Source: Scyliorhinus canicula (lineage: Eukaryota). Taken from it: DNA of 64,000 nt. The translations under genes and the position numbers were made by a program. Location: NCBI RefSeq assembly GCF_902713615.1, contig NC_052151.1:162397050-162461049 (forward strand). Reading direction: 5' to 3'. The notes under the pieces were generated by a model that did not search any database, was not told the DNA's origin, and was given only the letters and a program-made list of their open reading frames with translations. Positions 24,553 to 37,330 of this stretch are shown here, one piece after another (position 1 is the first letter of the stretch; each line of letters opens with the position of its first letter).

Positions 24553-26954
24553 ACAACCACCTACTTCCAAATGGAAAATAATTAAAATACAGTGAAGCAC
24601 TTGGAAATAAAAATCCCTTTTTTGCTTCCAAGCAAGAAACAGTTAGGGCATTTTTGTCTCTCAGTTGCAAGGTAGAATAGGTTTCTATGATTGTTTTTGT
24701 GCAACAAAGAATTTTTCTTCTTTATTCTTTCATGGGCATCACTGGCAAAGCCAGCATTTGTTTCATATTCTTAATTTCTCTTGATCTGAGCAACTTGCAA
24801 GTCATTTCAGTGGACAGTTAAGAGTTGACCACAAATACCTGGGTTTAGAGGTAGATTTTCTTCTTTGAGTGACAACTGTAAACTAGATGAATTCTTATAA
24901 CCATCGATTATAGTTGTCATGATCACCAGCTTGATTTCAATTCCAGGTTGTATTATTGAATTTAAATGCCTCAGCTGCCATGGTCCATGGTAGGATTTTA
25001 ACCCTTGCCCCCACAGCATTGGTTAGGGCCTCTGTAGTGCTAATCCACTGACATTAACACTATGCTGAGTACTGACGAGATGGTGGCAGATAGGTTTGGG
25101 GAGCAAGCACTGTTAGCCTCAGAGGAGAGAGCTTGAGAGGAGATTTGATAGAGGGTCCAGACAGAGTAGACAGGGAAAAACGGTTTCCATTGACAGAAGG
25201 GTCAAGAAGTAGAGGACACTGACAAGGTGATTGGAGCAACCAGTGACAGGAAGAAAATATTTTTTTAATGCAGAGGTTTGGATTTGAAAAGCACTACCTG
25301 AAACTATGGTGGTGGCAGATCCCGGTTTTCAAAAGAGAATCAGATTGTAAGACGACATAAAATTTGCAGGGCTACAAGGAAAAAGAGAGTGTGAGGGAGG
25401 CACTAGGTGAACTGTTCCGGCAAAGAACCAGCACAGGCATGACAATCTGAATGGTTTCTTCTCTGCTGTAATCATTTAATGAAAAATAACGATTCAATTA
25501 TTTCAGAATGTAATGTTTAAAGGCACTTAAGATTTGCCCAAGAAGCATGTTAACTTGTTCTTCTAAATGACATAATCTGATGCAGCAACCACCCTCAGTA
25601 TTTACACAAAGGTCCAATACTGAAGGTGAAAACAATTGAATTCAAAATTGTATGTACTTAGTGATGAGTCAACTGAACTGTTATGCACCTTCTAATAAAC
25701 AATTGAAGACAGATAAAGCAATCCGAGAGCAGACATTTGCCGGCCGTCATGGATAGAAACCACTACATCCTGGTAGAACAGAAAGATAGAGAACACAGAA
25801 TAAAATCCAAAATGGTCATATCCCATCTTCGTTCATCAAATTAGAGCATGTAACAGGCTCGAGCAATAAAGAAAAAAAACAGTGTAGGTTCCAGAAATCA
25901 GATGTATATCAGGTAGGTTGTGATTTCCAGCATTTCTTTGGCATCTTAAGAGAAAGCGTGTCTGCATGAGAAACAGGCTTTTTCCAGTCGGGTTTGGAGT
26001 TTGGGAATGTAAATATTGGCAGTCAGATTTCGTGCTCAGACACCCGAGGAATCAATAGAGTGCATCCCTGCCTATCACGGCAGCCTTGCAACCATTCAAT
26101 GCTCAAAGATGCATTACTTGGCCGAGGAGGAAGTCTCGCCTTAGAGTTGCTGGCCAATGTGATTAGTCGTCTAATGTGAAGAGGGTCCTTGTGGGAGGGA
26201 GCCCCCCAACCTCTTCATGCCCGAGGCTTGGACATGATGATGGTTGGGAATTTTCTCCATGCCTTGCCCCTCTCGTCTTCCTGCCAGTCTCAATATTGAA
26301 GCCAGGTGGGCCTCAACTGGGATGCCCCAGTCCTTGTCCACTTCCCACAAAATTGTGGGCAGGTCGCAGGCAGACAGGATGGGCGCAGGAGGGCCATCTG
26401 GGAAATGTTGTGGGCTACCCCTGCCAATAACACCACCGGCAAGGGACTGTAAAATTCTGTCCATTATTTCTTGGGGCAAGATTAATTTTTAAGAGATTTA
26501 GGACAGAGATCAGGAGTTTTTTTAAATTGTTACATGGGAACATGGCTGTAAAATGCACTGCTAAATTTCAATTATGTCAACATTAAATAATGGGGAAAGA
26601 AAATGTTGGAACACCAACATGGACTGAATGGGCTGAAAAGCCTAATTTCCTTATTGTATTTTCTAAAAGATTCAAAAGGAATGACTAATATGAATAAGAC
26701 AGCCAACTCCATTTATAAAACACTTTTCCATATCTTTTAAAGTAGCCAAAATTGCTTCATATAGAAGAGTTAATTCAGTTAGTTATTTTGGTAAAAGCCT
26801 GATAAAATATTTAAAATGTACACCCATTAAACATCTTGGATAGTGATGATACTGATTAATTAATGTAGAAAGTTCTTAAAAACATTAATATGCAATGATC
26901 TTACCATATGAAAAATTGCTTCACTATGTGTTAAAGTAATAAAGTGAGAAGAAA

Positions 26955-27190
26955 GACTTGCATTTGTAATTTGTACGGCGCTTCTTATGACCACTTCTCA
27001 AAGTGCTTTATAGCCAATGAAAGAACTTTAAGTGAACTCAATATTGTAATGCAGGAAATGTGGCAGCTAAATTTAACCCACAGCAAACTCCCACAAATAG
27101 CACTGTGATGACGAACAGATAATCTGTTTTTGTGGTGTTGATTGAGGGATAAATATCAGCCAGGACAACAGAGATAAAACACCACATTCT
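26955..27190 (-). mobile_element. Deu-SINE 3' half with L2-type tail
   Basis: Reverse complement of ...tatccctcaatcaaca..aaaacagattatctg...tgctatttgtgggag...aaatgcaagt. Confidence 0.75.
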
Positions 27191-28685
27191 GGAGTAGTCA
27201 AATTAAGAAACAGAATTTGGAACTGAAGAGACAATGGCATTGTAATAATATCACTGGACAAGTAATCCGCAGGCCCAGGCTAATGCTCCAAATCTTGTCA
27301 CAGCAGATGGTGGAACTTGAAATTGATAATTACATCTGAAATATAAAGCTAGTTTCAGTAATGGAGACCCGTAATTAGCCCATAATGAATTCCCGTACCA
27401 GCCTCCCCGACAGGCGGCGGAATGTGGCAACTAGGGGCTTTTCACAGTAACTTCATTTGAAGCCTACTTGTGAAAATAAGCGATTTACATTTCATTTCAG
27501 TAAAATAATCTAGGCTCCCTTTAATCCCCAACAATTAAACCACCCAGAGGCTTGCTGTTTGGTAGACTTCAGAATAGATCACATAGCCCTCACTTTACCT
27601 TACAAAAAGTCCCATAACATGCTTTTACAATCCCCATAATAATGCTCTTAAGGCCAAGACAGCAAAATGTTTGCAGAAAACAGTCCTTATTACTTGATCT
27701 TCCTCATTCTGAGAAATCTTCTCAGTGGCTTTTATTAGAACACCTTCCCCAGATACTCAAGACCTGATTGGCATTAATCACATTACGGAATCCATTATGA
27801 TTGCTCACATTGCTTTGTTGCTCTGCCTCATGCTAAATTTTAAATTTGGGTTTATGCAAATTCATCTTGATGGAAACCGTGGTATTTTTAAAGGATAAGT
27901 TGCAGACCACAAAGGTACAAACACACAAGAGCTTTACTGGAAAGGTGTCTTCGCTATAGGCTGATGGACTAGATTGACCATTAGCCTGCCCAAACTGCTG
28001 ATGATGTCATCAATAAATCCTGTGATCAAACTCAAGTGACCTTGTTCCAACTGGGAACAAGCAAGAATACACAACAGAAACTTAAAACAGATTCTTTAGT
28101 ACAAACCTGATACTTACACTATTGTACTTTTAACAAACAGTGCACCCTCTGACTGACTTTAAGCTGTCACGAAAGGTTTGTGTGACAAATTAAGATGAGT
28201 CAAGTCTTACTTTGGCTGTCATAAATGCCTGTTAGTGTGTCAACACACCATTTGAAGATACATGTGCTAACTTTAGAATTAAATTGAGAAGTTGAGAATT
28301 TACTTCAAAGTAGCTTCAGTCAGTAATAAGCTTTTAAAAATCACACATGTTTATGTACTGCAAGATATAAAAAAGTTGATCAGGAGTTTGACCATCATGT
28401 AGCACATTCTACAGGAAACAGCCTGGTACTTTTTCCAATGTAAAAACATATGCAACAAGAAAAAGGTAATTTGCCCCTTCACACACTTCTCCAAAGTACC
28501 ATGTTTCCCTCCAACAGGAAATGCTGGAAGCATGTTGCAGTTTTCAGTATCTGAAGGCTGACATCTGAAATGCATCATTAGAAAAACAAACCTTTTCCAA
28601 AGAAGGTGCACTCCTAAACATTAAACTGAAATGTTCTTTCAGATGCAGGCTGCATCCTTCCATCTCTGTTCATTCTAGACACATT

Positions 28686-28809
28686 GGGCTGGATTCTCCA
28701 TTACGCCAGCTGGTCAATGGGGTATCCCATTGTGGGGCTGCCCCATGCCGTTGGGAAACCCCCGGGCTGACGGCAAAACGGAGCATCCCGCCTGCGGAGA
28801 ATCCAGCCC
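28686..28809. mobile_element. 124-bp MITE, Harbinger-like
   Basis: Perfect 14-bp TIR gggctggattctcc / ggagaatccagccc; related diverged copies at about 4230-4420 and 48200-48295. Confidence 0.8.
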
Positions 28810-28944
28810 CTTGTGTATGCTGTAAATCAGGGCTTCTATTAATCTTCCAGCTTTCCTCTCTTATGAGCCCAGTTCATTTAATCTCCTGAGGATCTCCGGA
28901 TGTAGATTAACCTCTGTAACAGCTCTGCTTAACGTTTCAAAGAA

Positions 28945-29330
28945 AGGAAGAGGTTGCATTTCTATAGCATTTTCCCACATTCTCAGGATGTCCCAAAGCA
29001 ATTATGTTTTGGGAACTAAAGTTGTTGTTGTAACATAGAAATTTTGCAGCCAATTTGTATTCAGCAATTCCCCAAAAAAGCAATGTGTTAGTGACCAGAA
29101 GTTTTGTTTCAACAATGTTGGCTATGGAATAACAATTAACAACACCAGGGATGACTCCCTTATTCTTCTTTTAAATAGAGCCACAGGATCTTATACATCA
29201 ACCCGAATGTCAGGTTGCAGTCTTCTAAGTCTCATCTGAAAAATAACACTGCAAGTATCAGCCTATATTCGAGTTCAAGTCTTTGAAAGCCTGACTCAGA
29301 GGCAAGAGTGCTATTTATTGAGCCAAGAGG
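28945..29330 (-). mobile_element. Deu-SINE, near full length, downstream of exon 3S
   Basis: tRNA-like head near 29330, Deu-like core and L2-type tail (tatagaaatgcaac on the minus strand). Confidence 0.7.
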
Positions 29331-29512
29331 GCAGCATAATCCCAAGTCAACCAGCTTTACGCAATTCTATTTTTATCAAGCACATTTAACGAGTATGCAA
29401 AGAGTAATTTGCACTAGAAATGTTAAAGTATCCGATGTTATTATTGACATTAAATAATCTAGAACATTAAAAAAGGACATTTCGTAAGTTTAAAAAAGGC
29501 TGGTTTGTCTAC

Positions 29513-29626
29513 CTGTCTTGCCTTATGTGTTGTCTCAGTGCCATGCTGTCCTATACAGTTTAGAGCCCTTGAGTCTGGGGAGTTCCCAACATTGAAGTCA
29601 ATTACACCAGCACTGTCTATCATCCA
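29513..29626 (-). CDS. ACP1: ACP1 mutually exclusive exon 3S, slow-type (WMIDSAGVIDFNVGNSPDSRALNCIGQHGTETTHKARQ)
   Basis: 114 nt, ttattacag| and |gtagac, phase 0-0; resembles the mammalian slow-isoform segment IDSGAVSDWNVGRSPD...HKARQ. Confidence 0.94.
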
Positions 29627-29687
29627 CTGTAATAAGAAAGAAAATTGATAGCCCACAATAAAACAAATAAAAACTGGGGTACAGTAC

Positions 29688-29801
29688 CTGCCTGGCAATA
29701 TGATTCGTGGTAATGCCATGTTTCATCAGACACCTCTGGCCCCGTTGGTCAGCAGGATTCCCTATTTCATACGTTGATGTTGCTGCACTGTCTATTTTCC
29801 A
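29688..29801 (-). CDS. ACP1: ACP1 mutually exclusive exon 3F, fast-type (WKIDSAATSTYEIGNPADQRGQRCLMKHGITTNHIARQ)
   Basis: 114 nt, ttcttccag| and |gtactg, phase 0-0; closely resembles the mammalian fast-isoform segment DSAATSGYEIGNPPD. Confidence 0.96.
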
Positions 29802-31729
29802 CTGGAAGAAATACAAGTGCCATGCTGTTTGTTTCCCCATGCAGTCAGTTTTAATGTTAGCAATTATATGAATTAAGATTTTAAAGTGGTATTATTTCCC
29901 AACTTCACGAGAACCAAGCTTCAATAAAATTATTACATTAACTTGATGAAAGTCCAAATCATTATATTTTCATTCAAATGCAGCAGCTACAATAATAACA
30001 GCACCATTGTTGAACCTGCACTTAAAATCAGTTTAATCATTGCAAACTTTGTTCAGACAGGATTGTGACATGAATTTCTCCCTTCAAAAAAACATTAAAC
30101 AGCGATTTGGTGTTGTTGCAACATTACTAGAATATACGTGTGTCAATGTGCCAAAGCATGCTGTTAAGTATAAAAGTTAAATGAAAATTTTGAAACTTTT
30201 AAAACATATTTTCTAGCTCTAGAACCACAAAATAAGGAGCTAAAATGTGTTTGAACTACATTTTGTAAAGCATAAATGAGGCCATACAAGGAAATATATT
30301 GCGGTGTTCACTAAATGTAAACCACAGACAAACAAGGTGAAAGATGCAACATGAAATAGTCAACTGACCAATGGGAAGTAAAAACGGTTAAAAAAAGCTT
30401 TGGAAAACCTTGAATTGTTTTTCCAACATTAACAGCAAGGATAGACAAGCGTGGACGTGATTATACATAATTTTAAAAATGTGATCTTGGAATGAGAAAG
30501 GTCAGCATTTATTGCCAAATGTTATTTGTCCTTGATCAGATGATGGCGGGCCTCTTTCTTGAAACACTGCAGCTCATGTGGTGTACATACACTCAGTGTT
30601 GTCATGGAGGAGTTCTAGGGTTTTGACCCAGCGACAGTAAAGAAAGCATAGTTTCAAGTAAGGATAGTGACTGGCTTAAGGGGAACTTGGAGGTGGTGGT
30701 GCTCCCATCCATCTACTGCCTTTTCTTCTAGGTTGCAGAGATTGTGGATTTGGAAGGTGCTTATGAAGAAGCTACTTCAGTGCATCCTGTAGATAGTATA
30801 CACCAGTATGCCAGTGGTGTAGGGAGTGCACGTTTAAGGTAGTCAATGGGGGCAGATCGTGAAGGCTGCTGGAGTGTTGTTTAAGCTGTACTCATCCAGG
30901 CAAGAGAAGAGAGTATTTCAACACACTCCTAACACGCACCTTGTAAAACTCCTCTCAACTCCCCAAATTACTCTCCTGAATTGCTCACCACAGAAATCCC
31001 AACCACTGACCTGCTCTGGTGGTTACAGTACGGTGTGTCCAATTCAGCTTCTGGTCAAAAGTAACGAATCGGGATGTTGATGGCGGGGATTCAGCAATAG
31101 TAATGCAATACAGCCTTCCGTTCACCGTCATGGAGTAAAAATCCTGGAACTTCCCTGCCTAATAGCACTGTGGGTGTATATACACCACACTGGCTAGAGT
31201 GGTTCAAAAAGGCAGCTCACCACCAAAGACAATAGGGGCTGGGCAATATATGCTGGCATAGCCAGCGACACCCACAGCCCAAGAAAAATAAAATAAATAG
31301 GTACAAGTCAGGTGTGTGGCTTGGAGTGGAGCTTGCAGGTGCTTGTATTTGCAAATGTTGCCCTTTTCCTTCTCGCTGGTAGAAGTCGTGGGTTTGGAGA
31401 TGCTGTCAAAGAAGCCTTGGGAGAGTTGCTGTACTGTATCTTATAGATGGAACACACTATTGCTACTGTGCGTCAGTGGTGGAGGGAGTGACTGCTTAAG
31501 CTGGTGGATGGGGTGCCAGTGGGCTGCTGTGTTCTGGATGGTGTCAAGCTTCCTGTGTTGCTGGAACTGTACTTATCCAGGCAAGTTGAGTGTACTCCAT
31601 CACATTCTGAACTTGTGACAAGCTCTAGTAAGTCAGGATGTAAGGTATTCAATGGAATTCCCAGCCTCTGACTTGCTTTTGTAGCCAGTGTGTCTATTTA
31701 TGCTTAGTCCAGTTCAGTTTTTACAAACA

Positions 31730-33105
31730 AATGCAATAGATCATTCAGCCTCTGATGCCTGCTCCACCATTCAATATAATGGCTGATCTGTTTGTGTTGA
31801 GTTTCACATTCCCCATCTACCCCCAATATCCTTCGCCTAAGAATCTATGCCCTCTGCCTTCAAAATAGTCAGTGATCCCGTTTCAACAACCTTTTGATGC
31901 AGAGTTCAAAAGTTACACAACCCTCTGCAAACCCATTCTCCTAATTTATGTCCGAGAAGGGCGATCCCCAATTTCAACAGTGCTTCCCCCCCCCCCCCCC
32001 CCCCCCCAAATATGTCCTGGACTCAACCACAAGAGAAAGAATGCTTTCAACATCCACTTTGCTAATACAGTTCACAAATCGTTTTGACAAAGTGTCATCC
32101 AGACTTGAAATGTTAACGCTGTTCTCTTTCCACAGATGCTGTCAGACCTGCTAAGACTTTCCAGCATTTTCTGGTTTTGTTTCCTGTCAGGATCTTGTAT
32201 TTCACAGAATCTCTGCAGTGCAGAATGAGGCCATTTAGCTCATCGGGTCTGCACTAGCCCTCTGAAGGAGCACCGTAACCTAGGCCCAATCCTCCACACC
32301 ATCCTTGGAACCCCACCTAGGGACAATTTAGCATATCCAATCCACCTAACCTGCACATCTTTGGACTTTATGTATTTAAATCATGTCACCCCTCACTCTT
32401 CTAAACTCCAGTGGAAACAAGCCCAGCCTTTTCAATCTAACAAGGCAACCCACTCATTCCGGGTATCAATTTCATAAACCTCTTCTGAACTTACTCCTTT
32501 ACATCCTTCCTTAAGTAAGGAGACACAAATTGCATAGTATTTGAAATGTGGTCTCCCCAATGCCCTGTATAACTGAAGCTTAAATTCCTCTTGTAATAAA
32601 GGATCGCATTCCATTAACCTTCTTGATTACATGCTGTATCTGCATACTAACTTTTTGCGACTCATGCAACGAGAACATTCAAATCCCTCTGCACCTCAGA
32701 ATTCTGCAGTCATTCTCCATTTAAGTAACACTTCTTGTCAAAGTGAACAACTCCGCACTTTCCCCCATTATGCTCCATCTTCCAGAATTTTGTCCACTCA
32801 CTCAACCTATCTATAGCCATCTGAAAACTCTGCATGTCATCTTCATAACATACTTTCGTACCAATCTTTGTGTTGTCTCCAAATTTAGCTACTATGTTTG
32901 CACTCCCATTATCTAAGGCATTGATTGATGTAAATTGCCTCAGCACAGACCTCTGTGGGATTCCATTCAGACAACGACTCATTTATGCATACTCTGTTTT
33001 CTACCAGCCAGCCAATCTTCAATCCAGGCTATTCATGAACTTTTAATTCTTTACAATAATCTTTGATTATGGCACCTTATTAAATGCCTTCTGGAAATCC
33101 AAGTA
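31730..33105 (-). mobile_element. Old CR1 LINE remnant with an inserted partial V-SINE (32205-32368)
   Basis: GIPQRSVL, VAKFGDNTKIG, QLYRALGRPHFKY. Confidence 0.8.
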
Positions 33106-33149
33106 TGGTACAGGCTACCTTCTATCTACAGCACAAGTTACTCCTTCAC

Positions 33150-33830
33150 AGAAATCCAATGTTATTTAGAGAGCAAAGTGGTAATAGGGGGACAGGAATA
33201 CACATAGGCAACAGAGTTTTGGATGACCTCAAGTTTTTGGAAAAATGTGGGACATCAGCCAGCAGTGTGCTCCAATAAGTGAGTCTAAAGATAATTAAGG
33301 CATGGAATGAGGGTTTTAGCAGATGAGCTAAGGCCAAGCAAAGACAGCCAATGTGACAGAGATGGAAAGAGGCAGTCTGAGTAATGATGTGAATGAGGTT
33401 GGACGCTCATCTCAGGGACAAATGTGACCCCAAGATTGAGAACAGACAGGTTAAATAGCTAACTGTCGTCAGGCAGAGAGATGGAAATGATAGCTCAAGA
33501 GCCAAGTTTAGAGCATGGCACAGAAACCAATTGCTTAAGTCTTTCCAACATTTTAATTGGAGGAAATTTCTGCTCATTCAGTACTGGATGTTGGTTAAGC
33601 ATCTGATAACTGAGCAAAAATAGAGTTGTGAGAGAGGTGGTGGTGAGGTAGAGCTGGGCATCATCAGCCTATATATGAAAACTAATGCTGTGCTTTCAGA
33701 AGATGTCATGGAGGAGCACTAAGTAGATGAGACATAGGAGGGAGGGGCAAAGGATAGACCCTTGGGGGATACCAGAAGGAACTCTGTGGGAACAGGAAGA
33801 GGAGCCATTGCAAGTGATGCCCTAGCTGCG
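33150..33830 (-). mobile_element. Old L2 RT remnant
   Basis: Minus-strand ggtatcccccaagggtctatcctttgcccc (G.PQGSIL) and tatataggctgatgatgcccagctctac (YADD.QLY-like). Confidence 0.7.
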
Positions 33831-34219
33831 ATTAGAAAGAAAATGGGGCAGTGGAGCAAAAGGACATTGGAATACTGATACACAAGTTGCTAAAAGTAGA
33901 AGTTTGGTATAACCGTAAGGACTGCAAACAAAAGTAGAGAGGTAACCTTAAAATGTATACAGAACCCAGGTTAGGCCACACAGAGCACACAACACATTTC
34001 TGATCTGCATAATACAAGATGATTAAAACACTGGAATAAGTGCAGAATAGATTTACAAGGTTGTTACCAGAATTGGGGAGATGCAACTATGCTAAAAGAT
34101 TGATTAGGTTGGGACTCTTTTCTCTGGGGAAAAAAGGCTATGAGACCCGAACAAAGACTTCGAAACCACGAAGGTTTCAAACGGGGTGGATGTGAAAAAA
34201 AACCTTTTCCAAATGTGGT

Positions 34220-35178
34220 TGTAGCCCTCTAAGATGGACACCAGTCTACAAAATGGAGAACTGCTAAGACTGCAGGGAAAAACAGCCATAGTAAAGACAC
34301 ACAGCTTGCAGTAGCATTTTGCACATATAAAACCGGTTTCAAGGCAGGTGCAGAGACTCAGCCAAAGGTGCAAATAGGAAAGCGATCTGCATACTAATGA
34401 GATGATACCGGCCCAGTCCCAGATACAATAGAAACATTCTAAGTATCGATTGATACTTTCTATAGCTACCCAGCCAGAATGGCACCAGAGAACCCAGGTC
34501 AATGACCCCTAGGAACCGCCCCCGCCATCGAGGAACGACTCCAGGATAGGGGAATTCGAATGATATCGATTGGGAAAGACCCAATCGATACCTAGCAGGT
34601 GAAAGAGCCCGCCCCAAGGGGCACGGACCTCTAGGACCTATAAAAAGAAGGTCAAGCACATATTCGGTCTGTTGCTTCCAGACTCCGGCCTAGGCTGTTG
34701 AATCCTGACTCCGACCCCAGCCTCCAGATCCTGTCTTTCATCACTGGCCGTTGAGCATCAGCCATCTTTCAGCAAGTGCCAAACAACGATCGCTACGTGA
34801 CCCAGGCATTGCTTATACTCTTACCGACTATTAGTGAACAGAAGGTACAGTCCAGAAAGGAACAAAGGCCTTGTCCCCTGACCTTGCTGGTTCATACTTA
34901 TATAAGTATTTAGTCGTTTAATAGTAGAAATAAGTATTAGTCTTTTAGTGTGTGCATGAGTATTTATTATATCTGTTATAATAAACACTAATTGTTTGGA
35001 CTTACTGATCGGTGTTAAGACTTATTGCTTTGAACTTGACCTTGATAACTTGTGACGGTGTCTCTTACGGCACCTGGCGACTCCTGAGCATAGATACAGA
35101 TACAGAGCCAAACCAGTGTTAAGCACATGTCCTTTAAATGGAGGCGTGTTAATCACACTAACAGTAGAACGAGCAACA
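34220..35178 (+). mobile_element. Solo LTR (959 bp) in ACP1 intron 2
   Basis: TG...CA ends, 4-bp TSD tggt (34216-34219, 35179-35182), TATAAAA at about 34639, AATAAA at 34980; interrupts a CR1 remnant. Confidence 0.82.
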
Positions 35179-35445
35179 TGGTTCAGTCCAGAGCAACTGG
35201 GCATCAATATGAACTAGCTACCAATGATCAAGTAAAGAATTTAGGACAATTTATTTCCATAGAATGGTGAAGATCTTGCACGTGTCCACTGCTAATAAAT
35301 CCGCCAGTGCAGATTCAGCACAGTGACAGCAGGGAAATAATATGAAACACAATTAGTGACACAGCAAACCTATGCTCTTGATTTGGTCACTTATGAAGGA
35401 TTATTTATTTAGAAATTAAATAATTAAAAAGCGAGTCAGACTTAC

Positions 35446-35519
35446 TTTGTTTATGATACCCTGGTCTGTTGCCAGCTTTCTGAAGATAGCTTCAGCAATT
35501 GGAGATCGGCAAATGTTGC
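35446..35519 (-). CDS. ACP1: ACP1 coding exon 2 ([25 protein letters not shown])
   Basis: 74 nt, ttttttaag| acceptor and |gtaagt donor; completes the P-loop CLGNICRS (CX5R). Confidence 0.97.
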
Positions 35520-36819
35520 CTTAAAAAAGGAAGAATTTAAAATATGTATGAGTATTCTGTCAAATGTTATATTTTGCTCTCATAGGTAGCACAGTTTAAA
35601 ATATATAGAATTCCTGTACTTGAGAAGAGCTAAATAGATTGAGTTACATGTGAATTTGAATTCTATACAGCTCCAATTGTTATGGATATTAAAAGTGCAT
35701 ATAGAAGAAACGTTTCTCAACAGAGGGCAACTTATGAAGCAGCAATTTATACACTTCACTTCTGCAGGCAGAATCACTGCGTAAACCATAAAACTTCACT
35801 CACCAACAACTACTGCCCTATCAAAAAGCTAATATCAGCAGTGTGTCTCTTCAGCACAGGTCTACCTCAGGCAAAGCCAATTGTGGTTTACACCACTTGT
35901 TTTTATTCAGATGTTGCCGGTTTGACAAGATGGAATTAGATCTTTTAACATTTACACCATCAGGTGACAGGCCATAGGAAAAGGAGGATGCTATTTAGTG
36001 CCTTCAATGTTTTTGCCAATGGATAAATCAGACTGGTCCTGTCCTTAAATCTATTTAGTCATCTTTTATTTCTATCCTTTTACACTTAAAGTATTCCGCT
36101 ATAAACCAGAGCCATTTTCTGGAGGCATGAAGGAAGAAAGCATTTTTTTTACAAATTGAATCACCACTTGTCTGTATAGCAGAAGGGTTGGTGACCAGAG
36201 ACGACAAATCCAAGGCATAAAGTTCAGAGAGGATGAAAGGAGATTTTTTAAAAAAACATAGCAAGTTGTGATATGCAATGCATTGCCTGAAAGGTAGTGG
36301 AAACATACTTATTCGTAACTTCCAAAAAAACTGGACACTTTAAAAAGATAAATTTTTAAATAGGCAGGGCCTATGAACAACTTGAATTTATATATCATCG
36401 TTAACCACCCCAGAATACTTTACAAATGTGTTATCAAACAAAATTTCATACCAAGGCTTCCTGACAGGGATTATCATAACAGATGATGAAAGCTTGGTTA
36501 AAGAGATAGACTTTTAGGAGCATTATAAAGTAGAAAAGAGAAAGACAGGTTTATGGAGGCAATTCCAAGGTTTTGAGCCATGCCATCTTAAAAGGCATGG
36601 CCACCAATGGTGGAGCAATTAAAACATGCTCAAGAGTCCAGAAGTGAAAAGTGCAGCTACCTCGGAGACTTGAGATACTGGAGGTGATGAGAGAGAAGCA
36701 AATGAAGGGATTTAAAAATAAGGATGATAATTTTAAAGTTGAGATGTTGTTTAACTGAGAACCAATGTAGGTCATCAAGTACAGGGCGTAAACGGGATTG
36801 GCAAGAGTAAGGACACAGG

Positions 36820-37169
36820 CAGGGCCGGTGCTAGGAATTGCGGGCCCAATTAGAAAAGTGATGGCAGGGCCCCTACTCTACAAAAGTAAAAATTTATGTA
36901 TGTTTATATTTCGTGTAGTATGCTCGTCTTTAACCAAAAAAAAACATTAAATGCTTGATATACTAAAATTTTGAAACTTACTTACCTGGGCGGAAGGATT
37001 TGTCAACGGTAATGCGGTGCGTTCTCCAAAAGTAAAAACTACCCTATAGTTCCTCTTAGAATACAGAAAAGGCTTCAAACGGTAACTCTGTCGCCGCTGG
37101 CGCGGGGCCCCCTTAAGGTGCGGGGCCCAATTTGATGAAATTGGTCAAATGGGCTTAAAACCGGCCCTG
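36820..37169. mobile_element. 350-bp non-autonomous hAT element
   Basis: Perfect 10-bp TIR cagggccggt / accggccctg and perfect 8-bp TSD gacacagg (36812-36819, 37170-37177). Confidence 0.92.
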
Positions 37170-37330
37170 GACACAGGATGCAGTTTTGGATAGCCTCAAG
37201 GCTACGGAGGGAGGAAAAGCCAAGTCTTGAGATAAGGTTTCAACAGCATCAACAAAAGGTGGAAATGGTTGGTCTTTGTGATGGCAGAGAGGACAGGATG
37301 CAAAAAGGAGCTGGGGAGCTGGAATAATTG

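Noticed and set aside
31985-32007. Poly-C run giving polyproline ORFs or G-quadruplex potential
   Set aside because: Simple homopolymer in a decayed LINE region; its length is unreliable in assemblies.
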